Positions 29,101 to 37,177 of a stretch of DNA of 64,000 bases are shown piece by piece (the first letter of the stretch is position 1; every line of letters begins with the position of its first letter). The DNA is from an uncultured virus (IMG/VR IMGVR_UViG_3300005680_000002) (taxonomy: Duplodnaviria > Heunggongvirae > Uroviricota > Caudoviricetes). The translations under genes were made by a program, and so were the position numbers. The stretch is taken from IMG/VR virus record IMGVR_UViG_3300005680_000002; one strand, 5' to 3'. The notes beneath the pieces are model-generated. The model was not told the DNA's origin. It ran no database searches and was given only the letters and a program-made list of their open reading frames with translations.

Positions 29101-29615
29101 TCGAGCCTTTCGCCGCCGCGCTGTATGGCAGGCCCGCGGTGACGATGCCTCCGGACAACAGGCTTGCGCCCGATGGGGTCGAGCGCCCCGATCTCGGAGA
29201 GCATCGCATCGAGCTCTTCAACCGGGAGATTCGCCCCGTCGGCAACCTGATGCAACGGCTTGGGAACCCGCGACAGAACGACTCGCCCTACATGTGGCAG
29301 GGCCTGCGCGTCGGGCCGCTGATGCCGACGATCCCCGACGGCATCGACTCCGAATTGCTGGGAGATTCGTGGATCTCGCACCGCGTGCGCGGGCTGGATC
29401 CCGAGGGCTTCGACGCCATGCGCGCAGAGTACGACGTCGAGGCATTCAGCCAGCGCATGCGCGTGACGCGCCGCACAATTGCGCCCGACCCGCTGCGGGT
29501 GTTCTCGCACAGCGCCGAGCCGGTGGCTGCGCTTGGGACGCCCGACATCCGCCCCGGCGTGCACTTCATCCGCCCCGACGGCAACGCCGACCAGTTCCGC
29601 AAAGGAGCCTTTTGA
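26127..29615 (+). CDS. Large repetitive tail/virion protein (1162 aa)
   Basis: Recurrent GF....FG motifs; coupled to neighbours. Confidence 0.75.
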   Translation: MSYAKPNRLSADASWFGRDPYSPPERLAADATWADLPAVTVQAVGFAAGAFGAAKVENFRRYLPVTMGVQTAFTAAFVQGGVKYVTPSGISALDAPKPTVINTTADQTARPSGFSALGIGSPWLDPRSIRPSGYVATAYGDQRAQRPPHPVGFDALRFGAAQIRDKDSYALPAGVPTPEVGFPRVRDRASKVLHAASPVSAVFGDIGVRLTRRAVAVHGFVSLEVSAWGSVTALNRLVPVTGFMATRPGAATIENAALDLSPPGFEALRVGDAAAGYRHRALMTTGLPAPFPQVSAPTLTKTPSFAPTGFDSLLMPGPWIDYGLRELGTPGLDAATFGDGAVAPKRRLLSLDGGGAKTDIYGAARVEHSVRGMIGSGFESALCGVGHEISPAVRYVVPESIGRPAASRPMVGTTRHLGPIGYEATRWGARIIPESQSAYPHGFGTLFGLATTYNLKQQVRPQAITTFRQPEERWGRAHAFNLVQHIEQRPITGSGLEAPEWAQTWTGIANRNRRAPLQGFVAARFGYAQIDNNARQILPKGAAPQDPAQFYKAGMVSHRIRSLSIEGMEPPYISSWACAFNKAFPLKPAGAIATLFGAAGAENRSRELRRIGNFTTDAYGTPFIADAVRRLSLESRHAILPPRIDLPYVGLYTRYVEPPGAPAAGSGLASLSIVFRKITPRWLQVDRFGEPVVRNLTPELRARGYNMEEYGNTRVRLQWRPVSPTGSSTQIFGRTSIADSRRSIVVAGRNSVVVSDKLRVEKTGTPPMATQWVWLYVPDYSLAPGAEDPNGEHYGIRPPGTKQYGQVPAPALNLQFLLVEQPDPSTLFGSARITANSIRVPFGFHDYEAVSQPNIEHKHRRIYCDTSTDGADFIELMPQPMGRPRLSPHTVYAGIEAPPQARVNHPVPGGSPPHIIDERRSGGADIQWGRAVVQNRNATIYASSVRWVHEDLDFVPPKPRVENARITVAPPGIRALRMGYPRIPGTAYVRFFEPFAAALYGRPAVTMPPDNRLAPDGVERPDLGEHRIELFNREIRPVGNLMQRLGNPRQNDSPYMWQGLRVGPLMPTIPDGIDSELLGDSWISHRVRGLDPEGFDAMRAEYDVEAFSQRMRVTRRTIAPDPLRVFSHSAEPVAALGTPDIRPGVHFIRPDGNADQFRKGAF

Positions 29616-30805
29616 TGGACATCCCTCTTCTGCCCATGGCGGGCATCAACAACGTGGCCGAGGACGCGGCGCTCCAGCGCGGCGGTGATACGCCGAAGCT
29701 CTATGTGCGAGACGCGGTCAACGTGGACATCACCGAATCCGGCCTGCCGCAGCTACGCTCAGGCGTGCGCCCGGTCACAACGGCCGCGTATCGCAACCTG
29801 TGGCAGAGCCCGCTCCATGGCGACGTGTTCGGCACCCTGGGCAATCAGTGGGCGCGGGTCGATCCGACCAGCTGGACGCATGAGGCGCTCGTCACGATCG
29901 GCGAAGGTGACGTGTCGCACGAGGTTCTGAACAACCGGGTGGTCGTGTCTGGCCCAGCCGGGCTCTTCGTCTTCGACGGCGGCAGCGCGCAGCGCCTGAC
30001 CTTCGACAGCGCGGCGCCGCCGCTGGTCGCCGCGCTGGGTGGCGGGTCGCTCGCCGCCGGAACATACGGAGCGGCCGTGGCGTGGCTGCGAGGTGATCTT
30101 GAGTCGCAGGCTTCCGAGGCGACCTTCGTAGAGGCGGGCGAGGGCGGGCTGCTGCGCGTGGCGTTCCCGCTGTGCATGGATCCGAGCGTTACCGGCGTGC
30201 GCCTATACCTGACCCGCCAGGACGGCGGCGAGCTCGCGCGTGCTGGCGACTACCCGGCCAACGCGGATCCGGTGGACGTGCCACTGCTGCCCGAGCTGGG
30301 GCGGCCGGCGCAGTTCCGCCACCTGTCGCCAATGCCGGCCGGGGCGTTCTTGCGCTACTGGCGCGGCCGGCTGCTGACCGTCCGGCTCAACGTGCTGCGC
30401 TGGTCCGAGGCGATGGGCTACCACCTGCATGACGAGCGTCACGGCTTCCTGCAGATGCCGCAGCGGATCACTTTCATCGAGCCGGTGGAGGGCGGGATCT
30501 GGATCGGGCAAGTCGATCATGTGGCGTTCCTCGAGGGCGCCACGCCTGAAGGGTTCTCGGTGCGCCGGCTGGCGTCGCGCGCGCCAGTCCCACGCTCCTC
30601 GATCCGATTGCCGGCCGAAGCCGTCGGCGCGGCGGCCGAGGGCGGGCGTGAAGTTGCGGTGTGGCTGGCCGAGAACGGCTATGTGCTGGGCACGGCCAGC
30701 GGCACGATGTTGGAGCTCCAGGCTGGAACCTTGAAGGGGATCACCTCCCTCTACGGCTCGTCCGTGCTGGCTGGCCGACGTATCATCACCGCCGTATCAA
30801 GCTGA
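29615..30805 (+). CDS. Tail structural protein (beta-rich)
   Basis: ATG 29615 after AAGGAG; MAGINNV...VRDAVNVDI N-terminus. Confidence 0.7.
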   Translation: MDIPLLPMAGINNVAEDAALQRGGDTPKLYVRDAVNVDITESGLPQLRSGVRPVTTAAYRNLWQSPLHGDVFGTLGNQWARVDPTSWTHEALVTIGEGDVSHEVLNNRVVVSGPAGLFVFDGGSAQRLTFDSAAPPLVAALGGGSLAAGTYGAAVAWLRGDLESQASEATFVEAGEGGLLRVAFPLCMDPSVTGVRLYLTRQDGGELARAGDYPANADPVDVPLLPELGRPAQFRHLSPMPAGAFLRYWRGRLLTVRLNVLRWSEAMGYHLHDERHGFLQMPQRITFIEPVEGGIWIGQVDHVAFLEGATPEGFSVRRLASRAPVPRSSIRLPAEAVGAAAEGGREVAVWLAENGYVLGTASGTMLELQAGTLKGITSLYGSSVLAGRRIITAVSS

Positions 30806-30815
30806 ATCCCCATCC

Positions 30816-30833
30816 GCTGCGCAGGAGTGCGGC
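30816..30833 (+). promoter_or_regulatory. AGGA-loop RNA hairpin 3
   Basis: GCTGCGC-AGGA-GTGCGGC, followed by ATAGGAC and AAGGAGCATC. Confidence 0.6.
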
Positions 30834-30854
30834 ATAGGACCGAAGGAGCATCCT

Positions 30855-31433
30855 ATGAGCAACCTCCGCAACGAACTCGCGCTCGCGCTTGATCGCGAGC
30901 AGTACGATCTCACCGACGAGGGCGTCTACTTCCCGCGCCAGGGCGTGCTGGCGGCCGGCGAATACTTCGACCGCATCAACGGCGGCGAGTGGCAGCGCAC
31001 CAAGAACCTGATCCCGACCGAAGGGCTCGCGCACATCCTGAACGTGGCAATGGGCTCGACCGCGAAGCCCGCGGGCTACTTCCTCGCGCTCTTCTCCGGC
31101 GCAGCAGCCCCGGCGGCGAACTGGACCGCTGCGAGCTTTGCCGCGGCGGCCAGCGAGATCGTAAGCCTGACCGAAGGCTACACAAACGCCACTCGCCCGG
31201 CCTGGACGCCGACAAACACGTCCACCGGGTCGATCGACAACATGGCGAGTGTCGCCACCGTCACGATCGCCACCAGTTCGCAATTGAACGTGACCGGCGC
31301 GGCGATGCTGACCAACAGCACGCGCGGCGGCACGACCGGCGTGCTCGTGTCGGCGACCAAGTACGCCGCGGCCCGCGTTTTCCAGAGCGGTGACACCTAC
31401 GAGGTGGGCTATCGCCTGAGCCTCACGGTATAA
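30855..31433 (+). CDS. Tail/virion structural protein
   Basis: NLIPTEGLAHIL...YFLALF...Y..ATRPAW; Thr/Ser-rich. Confidence 0.75.
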   Translation: MSNLRNELALALDREQYDLTDEGVYFPRQGVLAAGEYFDRINGGEWQRTKNLIPTEGLAHILNVAMGSTAKPAGYFLALFSGAAAPAANWTAASFAAAASEIVSLTEGYTNATRPAWTPTNTSTGSIDNMASVATVTIATSSQLNVTGAAMLTNSTRGGTTGVLVSATKYAAARVFQSGDTYEVGYRLSLTV

Positions 31434-31439
31434 GCAGCC

Positions 31440-34070
31440 ATGCACCAGCCGCGCCCCCACGGCAGGTTTTTCTATGGTGAGGGCGAGCTTGGCGCAGAGG
31501 ATGCCGCGGCTGCCGAGTTGCTGGTTCGTCGACTCACGAACCATAAGGGGCTCGGCGGACTCGATTCGCTGAAGATGGCTCGCACGCTTCCGAGTGGCGC
31601 CACCGCAGTTGCGGTGGACGCTGGCGGCGTGCTGCGCCTGCTGATCTACCAGCACCAGAAGCCGCAACCTGATGAAGGGCATGGAGTCACGCATGGCTTC
31701 ATCCCGATGTTGTTCTCCGGGACGATCGGGCCGCCGTGGCTCGCGCCTTCTGATGTGCCGATGAAGATCCGTCTGACCAATATGGCGCGGCGTCGTCTGA
31801 TGCGTTACGAGGATGAGGAGCTGAACACCCAGGCGAACCCGACGCCGAAGAAGATTCCTCCGGCGCTGATGCGCTTCAACTGCCGGCTGCCCGAGCAGTT
31901 CAACGACTTCGCCGAAAAGCAAATTGAGTACCTGGCCACGCAGGCGGCGTACATCCGCCCTGGCTGGTGGTCTGGCGCGATGGCCGAGGTCGTGCAGATC
32001 GCGGTCGGCTACGGCCGGCACGACTTCGACAAGCTGCCAGAAGATCCGGTCGAGCGGGCAACGATGGTCCTGCCCGACGTCGTAGCGCGGCGCATCAAGC
32101 TGGAACTGCAGCGAGACCGAGCGCGCCTGCCAGGCTACCTCGGCCTGCCACCCAAGGATGGCCGGCTCCGGTTCAACTTTCGACCCTACGAAACAAACGG
32201 CGTCACCTTCGACAGCAGCGGCGCGCCGTGGCTCACCCGGGTGGATGCTCGCGGCGTCTACGCCATGCCGCTACCCATTGTTCCGGCGACGACGACTGAA
32301 GCCTTCCGGGAGTACATGGAGGAAGTGGGCGATACCGAGATCCTGTGGGCGCTCGACCGCTTTGGCGGCCTACCGTCCGGAGAGGGATTCCCGGCGCTTG
32401 AGTCGGACGCTTCGGCCTGGGAGCGCGCCGGAGCCATCGTCAAAGTGTGCGACGACGGCGGCTTCTCCGACCTCGATCCGATGACGACGCTGTGCGGATG
32501 GTCGTTCAACTCCGACGGCACGGAGGGATTCAACACCGCGACAGGCTTCAACCCGGGCGACAAGGTTCCTCACTGCGCCGGATTCAAGATCCGGCTCAGG
32601 CTTGGCGCCGCGCCGCGCCGCGGGTGGGTTTCCGCGCAGAGCCTGGAACATCCGGACAAGACCAAGCAAGCAGAGGTCGATCGATACATCGCGGCGCTGC
32701 TGAGAGAAACATCGGGAAATCGCGATCGCGACCGGGCCATCAAGTACAAGCTCTACCGCGTGGCGCCAAGCATGATCTTCGGCCGGGCTGCGACGAACGA
32801 CGGCGGTGCCGACGTGGACTATTGGGACAATCTGAAGCTCGATCCCATTGCAGAGCACTCGGGCTCATGCTCTCGCGTCACGAAGGGCTGGATCTACCCG
32901 ACCAGGATTGGCGGGCTCAAGTTGCCCGAGGCCGCTTTCCAAGGCTGCATTTCGCACTCCATCGAAGGGCTGTACGACTTCGAGATCCCCGAGGAGTACC
33001 CGCGCTGCGACACGGTGGTCTATGGCTACTACATCGGCGACGACCTGAAGGTGGTCAAGTATTTCTACGAGCCGAAAGAGCTTGAAAAGGAAGTGGAGTC
33101 CGATTTCGAGGACTGCATGACCGTCGGCGGATGGACGGAGAAGCGGTATTCGGCGCCCGCAAGGATCATCGGGGAGCTCTACACGACCGACTTTGATGAT
33201 CGCGAAGAATCGGCGGAGAGCTACACGCTCACCACGATCAAGGGTGAGGATTTGGGCTATCCGTCCTACCCAACCCTGTCGTTCCACGCCTATTTCGGGC
33301 GGGATGCAACGATCTACAGGAGCCGCTATTACGGCCGCGTGACCAACGTCAAGCATTACCTTGGGAATGGAAAGTCCGTCTATTGCTACACCCCGTTTTT
33401 CATGCGCGACGCCATCGTCTATGGCGTGAGGGACTTCATCAACGAAATGCGCGAGAGCGAGAAGGCCGAGCGGCGGTCAATCCATGATCCCAACATATAC
33501 GACGCCTGGACCTACGACTCGTCTTGGCATTGGGCGGCGTTCGACATGGACACGAGCTGGATGGATACCCCGCAGCCTGGGACAGAAATCCCCCCCAACA
33601 GGCTGTGGGTGGAACGACATAACTACAACCCGACCGAGTGCTCGGATTGGGCGGACGAGGGCGATTGGATTTCAGGTCTCCCAGCGGATTTCACGTGGCT
33701 CATGTATGAGGGACTAAACGGGGCTAGAGCACTGCTTACGAACCCCGAGCCGAAGCCGCAATATCACGAATACGTCATCCCGGAGCAGATTACGGAGCCC
33801 GAAAAGAAATACAAGAATCAGGTCAGCATTCTGCAAAACCCCGCACTGCTTTCCACAAAAGACCCGGGCGATTTTCATTTTTCTCTATCGCCGGAGGTGT
33901 TTTTGGGCAACGTGTTCTACCAGGACGGCACGAAGGTGTTCGCCGGGCACACCTCCTACGCGAACATTTCCGACACAGGCGGCAATGGCAGCGGCCGCAC
34001 GCGATACGGGCACACGGGCCTTGTCGACCACAAGACGGTTCACTACTTCATAGGGATCATCAATGAGTAA
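31440..34070 (+). CDS. Large virion/tail protein (876 aa)
   Basis: Long ORF with strong codon bias in tail operon. Confidence 0.7.
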   Translation: MHQPRPHGRFFYGEGELGAEDAAAAELLVRRLTNHKGLGGLDSLKMARTLPSGATAVAVDAGGVLRLLIYQHQKPQPDEGHGVTHGFIPMLFSGTIGPPWLAPSDVPMKIRLTNMARRRLMRYEDEELNTQANPTPKKIPPALMRFNCRLPEQFNDFAEKQIEYLATQAAYIRPGWWSGAMAEVVQIAVGYGRHDFDKLPEDPVERATMVLPDVVARRIKLELQRDRARLPGYLGLPPKDGRLRFNFRPYETNGVTFDSSGAPWLTRVDARGVYAMPLPIVPATTTEAFREYMEEVGDTEILWALDRFGGLPSGEGFPALESDASAWERAGAIVKVCDDGGFSDLDPMTTLCGWSFNSDGTEGFNTATGFNPGDKVPHCAGFKIRLRLGAAPRRGWVSAQSLEHPDKTKQAEVDRYIAALLRETSGNRDRDRAIKYKLYRVAPSMIFGRAATNDGGADVDYWDNLKLDPIAEHSGSCSRVTKGWIYPTRIGGLKLPEAAFQGCISHSIEGLYDFEIPEEYPRCDTVVYGYYIGDDLKVVKYFYEPKELEKEVESDFEDCMTVGGWTEKRYSAPARIIGELYTTDFDDREESAESYTLTTIKGEDLGYPSYPTLSFHAYFGRDATIYRSRYYGRVTNVKHYLGNGKSVYCYTPFFMRDAIVYGVRDFINEMRESEKAERRSIHDPNIYDAWTYDSSWHWAAFDMDTSWMDTPQPGTEIPPNRLWVERHNYNPTECSDWADEGDWISGLPADFTWLMYEGLNGARALLTNPEPKPQYHEYVIPEQITEPEKKYKNQVSILQNPALLSTKDPGDFHFSLSPEVFLGNVFYQDGTKVFAGHTSYANISDTGGNGSGRTRYGHTGLVDHKTVHYFIGIINE

Positions 34071-35217
34071 CTACCGGGACGACTCCACCGACCTTGCCGT
34101 AGCGAGCGATTCGACGTGGCTGGGCCTGAGCGCCATCACCGAGAGCGCCGCCAGGATCGCCGCCGTGCTGTTGGTCGCGATCGGAGTGACGCACGTCGAC
34201 GCTGCGACCGCGGCGGACGAGGCAGCCGATCGGCGGATCTTCTTGGTCCAGGATGCCGCGCAAGTTGCTGATGCGGCGCCGGACCGGCTGCACGCTGCGG
34301 TACTTGTCGCCGACGGCGCGAGAATGACTGACGGCCTGAGCGAAGTTCGCTTGCTGCTGCACGAGGACGCAGCGCAGGCTGTCGAACACATCTCGCATGC
34401 GATCGGCGCGACGCTGGAAGACAGTGCGCGCGCGTCCGGGGCCGTCGAGGATGCGCGCACGAGCCGCGTGCGCGCTGAAGATGCTGCGCGGATCTCTGAC
34501 GACGCGGTATATCGCGTGCGCGAGAGCGCCGCGGAAACAGCAACGGCTGGCGATCACGCGCAGGACCGGCTGGCGGGACGCAGCCTGACATCCGACGCGG
34601 CGATGATCGCGGACTCAGTGGAGGACAGCCGAGACGCCGCGTCCGCTCTGGCGATCGACGGCGCCCGTGGTGCAAGTCTGGTGGTCGACCGCCTGCACGC
34701 CGCGGATCTAGTTGCGGACCTCGCGCTGGCCGATGCGCTCATGGTGGGCGAGGTGGGCATCGGGCAGGCATGGACCGCAGGCGTCGATGGCTGGGCGATG
34801 ACCCGGTATGCGCCCTTTGCATTCGAGCAACTCACCGTGATCGATGGCGTCGCCTATGGCGTGACCGAGGCAGGCGTATTTGCGCTCGACGGCGGCGCAG
34901 GAGAGATCGAGGCCATCATTACGACCGGGAAGCTCGACATCGGGCGCGGCGTACTCGCGCACCCGATCGCGCTCTACGCTCATGGCGAGCTCGATGGCAC
35001 TGCGGAGGTTGCGGTGACGACGACGCAGCGCGGCACGATCGAGCAGTACGACTACCCGCTCCAGATGCGCCCAGGACCGGAAATGACCGCGGGCCGCGCC
35101 GTATTCGGCCGTGGGCTGCGCGGGGCGCGCTTTGCGTTCGAACTTCGCATGGCCGGCGAGCGCGCCCTGTTCAACAACTTGCGCATCGAGGCGATGCCGA
35201 CACAGCGGAGGATGTGA
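34063..35217 (+). CDS. Tail protein with D-x-A-x3-D repeats
   Basis: Periodic DAA...D motifs; coupled. Confidence 0.7.
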   Translation: MSNYRDDSTDLAVASDSTWLGLSAITESAARIAAVLLVAIGVTHVDAATAADEAADRRIFLVQDAAQVADAAPDRLHAAVLVADGARMTDGLSEVRLLLHEDAAQAVEHISHAIGATLEDSARASGAVEDARTSRVRAEDAARISDDAVYRVRESAAETATAGDHAQDRLAGRSLTSDAAMIADSVEDSRDAASALAIDGARGASLVVDRLHAADLVADLALADALMVGEVGIGQAWTAGVDGWAMTRYAPFAFEQLTVIDGVAYGVTEAGVFALDGGAGEIEAIITTGKLDIGRGVLAHPIALYAHGELDGTAEVAVTTTQRGTIEQYDYPLQMRPGPEMTAGRAVFGRGLRGARFAFELRMAGERALFNNLRIEAMPTQRRM

Positions 35218-37097
35218 TGTACACCGAAGGCAGCATCATGCAGCAGGCGATTGGAGGCGTGTCCTCACAGATCGCGTCACTCAACGCGATGGCGGAGAGC
35301 TATGGAGGCCAGCTTTCAGCGGCGCTTGCAGGCATCGGCGCGGCAGCCGCAAGCCTGAATACCCCCAGCGGGCCAACGATTACCGCTCCGACGCTGGCCG
35401 CGCCCACGTTCAGCTCGCTTTCTGCGCCAACCCCTCTGCCAGGAGTGGAAATTGGCGAGCCGAACATCACGCTCCCGAGCGCGTCGATCCCTTCTGATGG
35501 CGGCCTTCCTTCAATCCCGTCGATGCCGACCGTTCCGTCGCTCAGCTCGCCAGCGCCTCCGACGATGGCGAGTATTTCGCCGCCGCAAAGCCCGGCGGTG
35601 GATATTGCCATTGCGATCCCGAGCGCTCCTGCCATTGCCATGCCGGAGTTGGAGTCGCTCGACAAGATCGCGCTGCCGACCTTCGCCTTTCGTGCGCTGC
35701 CGACCTTTGACGGCACTCCCCCGGACCCCGACTCGGTTACAACCCCTTCGGTCTTCATCAACTGGCGCGAGCCGGAATACGCTTCCGAGGTGCTCGACGA
35801 CCTTGCCGCCCAAGTGCGGACGATGCTTCAGGGCGGAACCGGCATTCCGCCTGTGGTCGAAGAGGCGCTTTTCGCGCGCACCCGAGAGCGTGAGCGCGCC
35901 GAGACCGAGCGCGAGATCCAGTCGGCCACCGACACCTGGGCGGCGCGGGGATTCTCGATGCCTCCGGGCATGCTTGCCAAGCAGGCCGCCGTAATTCGCG
36001 AGCAGGGCCGACTCAAATCGGCAGAGTTGAACCGCGACATCATGGTGCAGGCGGCGACATGGGAGATCGAGAACCTGCGATTTGCCGTCCAGCAGGGCAT
36101 CGCACTCGAGCAGCTCACGCAGAACCTGTTCGTCAACATGGTGCAGCGGCTATTCGAGGCGGCTCGCTTTCAGGTTGAGAGCGAGATCAGCGTGTTCAAT
36201 GCGCAGGTTGGGCTGTTCAACGCCAAGAATCAGGCATTCGCCACCTACGCCGACGCCTACCGGATCAAGCTGGAGCACGCACTTGGCGAACTGCAGGCGT
36301 ACAAGACCGCGGTGGATGCGCAAGTTGCCGTAGGTCAGCTCAACCAACAACGCGTCGAGGTTTTCAAGAGCAAGGTCGATGCCGTGATGGCGCACGTCGA
36401 GGTCTACAAGGCGATGGTCCAGGGCGAGACCGCAAAGACCGAGGTCATCAAGGGGCAGTTCGACGCATACCGCGCCGAGGTTGCCGCCTACGGGGAGCAA
36501 ATTGGGGCAGAGAAGGCGAAGTTCGACGCCTACGCGGCACAAGCCCAAGGCGTTTCCGCTCAGGCAAACACCTTCGAGGCGCAGGCGCGCGCCTACGCCG
36601 CTCAGGTGCAAGCCATTGCCGCGCAGGCCGATGTTCGGGTCAAGCAGTCGCAAATCAGCATTGAGGCAATCAAGGCGCAGGCACAGGTCGCCGAGGCGCA
36701 AGTCGGGGCGTACAAAGCGAAGGCCGACTTCGCGATGGTGAATATCTCGAAGCAGCTCGCCGCGATCCAGGCGCAGTCCGAGGCTACCCGGGCCCAAGCG
36801 AGCGCCGATGCGGCGATTGCCGAGGCGACGTCGCGCATTGCAGACATGAGCTCGCGCACGCAGATTGCTTACGGACAGGCATTGGTCGCAAAGTATCAGG
36901 TCGATTCCACCAACGCGATCCAGAAGGCAGGCATTGCCGTGGAGGCGGCAAAGGCGATTGGCCAGTACACCGCCCAGCTCGCGGCGGGCGCGATGTCGGC
37001 GGCACACGTTTCTGCGAGTATCAGCGCGAGCGGCAACGCGACCGATACCAACTCGAAGAGCGAGAGCACCTCGACCAACCACAACTACAACTACTGA
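35217..37097 (+). CDS. Virion protein, Pro-rich N-terminus and long coiled coil
   Basis: ATG 35217 after GGAGG; AARGFSMPPGML motif. Confidence 0.7.
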   Translation: MYTEGSIMQQAIGGVSSQIASLNAMAESYGGQLSAALAGIGAAAASLNTPSGPTITAPTLAAPTFSSLSAPTPLPGVEIGEPNITLPSASIPSDGGLPSIPSMPTVPSLSSPAPPTMASISPPQSPAVDIAIAIPSAPAIAMPELESLDKIALPTFAFRALPTFDGTPPDPDSVTTPSVFINWREPEYASEVLDDLAAQVRTMLQGGTGIPPVVEEALFARTRERERAETEREIQSATDTWAARGFSMPPGMLAKQAAVIREQGRLKSAELNRDIMVQAATWEIENLRFAVQQGIALEQLTQNLFVNMVQRLFEAARFQVESEISVFNAQVGLFNAKNQAFATYADAYRIKLEHALGELQAYKTAVDAQVAVGQLNQQRVEVFKSKVDAVMAHVEVYKAMVQGETAKTEVIKGQFDAYRAEVAAYGEQIGAEKAKFDAYAAQAQGVSAQANTFEAQARAYAAQVQAIAAQADVRVKQSQISIEAIKAQAQVAEAQVGAYKAKADFAMVNISKQLAAIQAQSEATRAQASADAAIAEATSRIADMSSRTQIAYGQALVAKYQVDSTNAIQKAGIAVEAAKAIGQYTAQLAAGAMSAAHVSASISASGNATDTNSKSESTSTNHNYNY

Positions 37098-37099
37098 CG

Positions 37100-37141
37100 C
37101 CCCCTGTAGGGCTGGCCCGCTCGCGGCTCGAACCGGAACAT
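37100..37141 (+). promoter_or_regulatory. Late promoter element copy 4 (upstream of ejection/DarB genes)
   Basis: CCCCCTGTAGGGCTGG + GAACAT at 37136-37141. Confidence 0.75.
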
Positions 37142-37163
37142 CCGTCCAGTTCGAGCCGTTTTT
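37124..37163 (+). terminator. Terminator-like hairpin overlapping promoter copy 4
   Basis: CGGCTCGAAC...GTTCGAGCCG followed by TTTTT. Confidence 0.6.
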
Positions 37164-37177
37164 CATCGAGGGCCACC

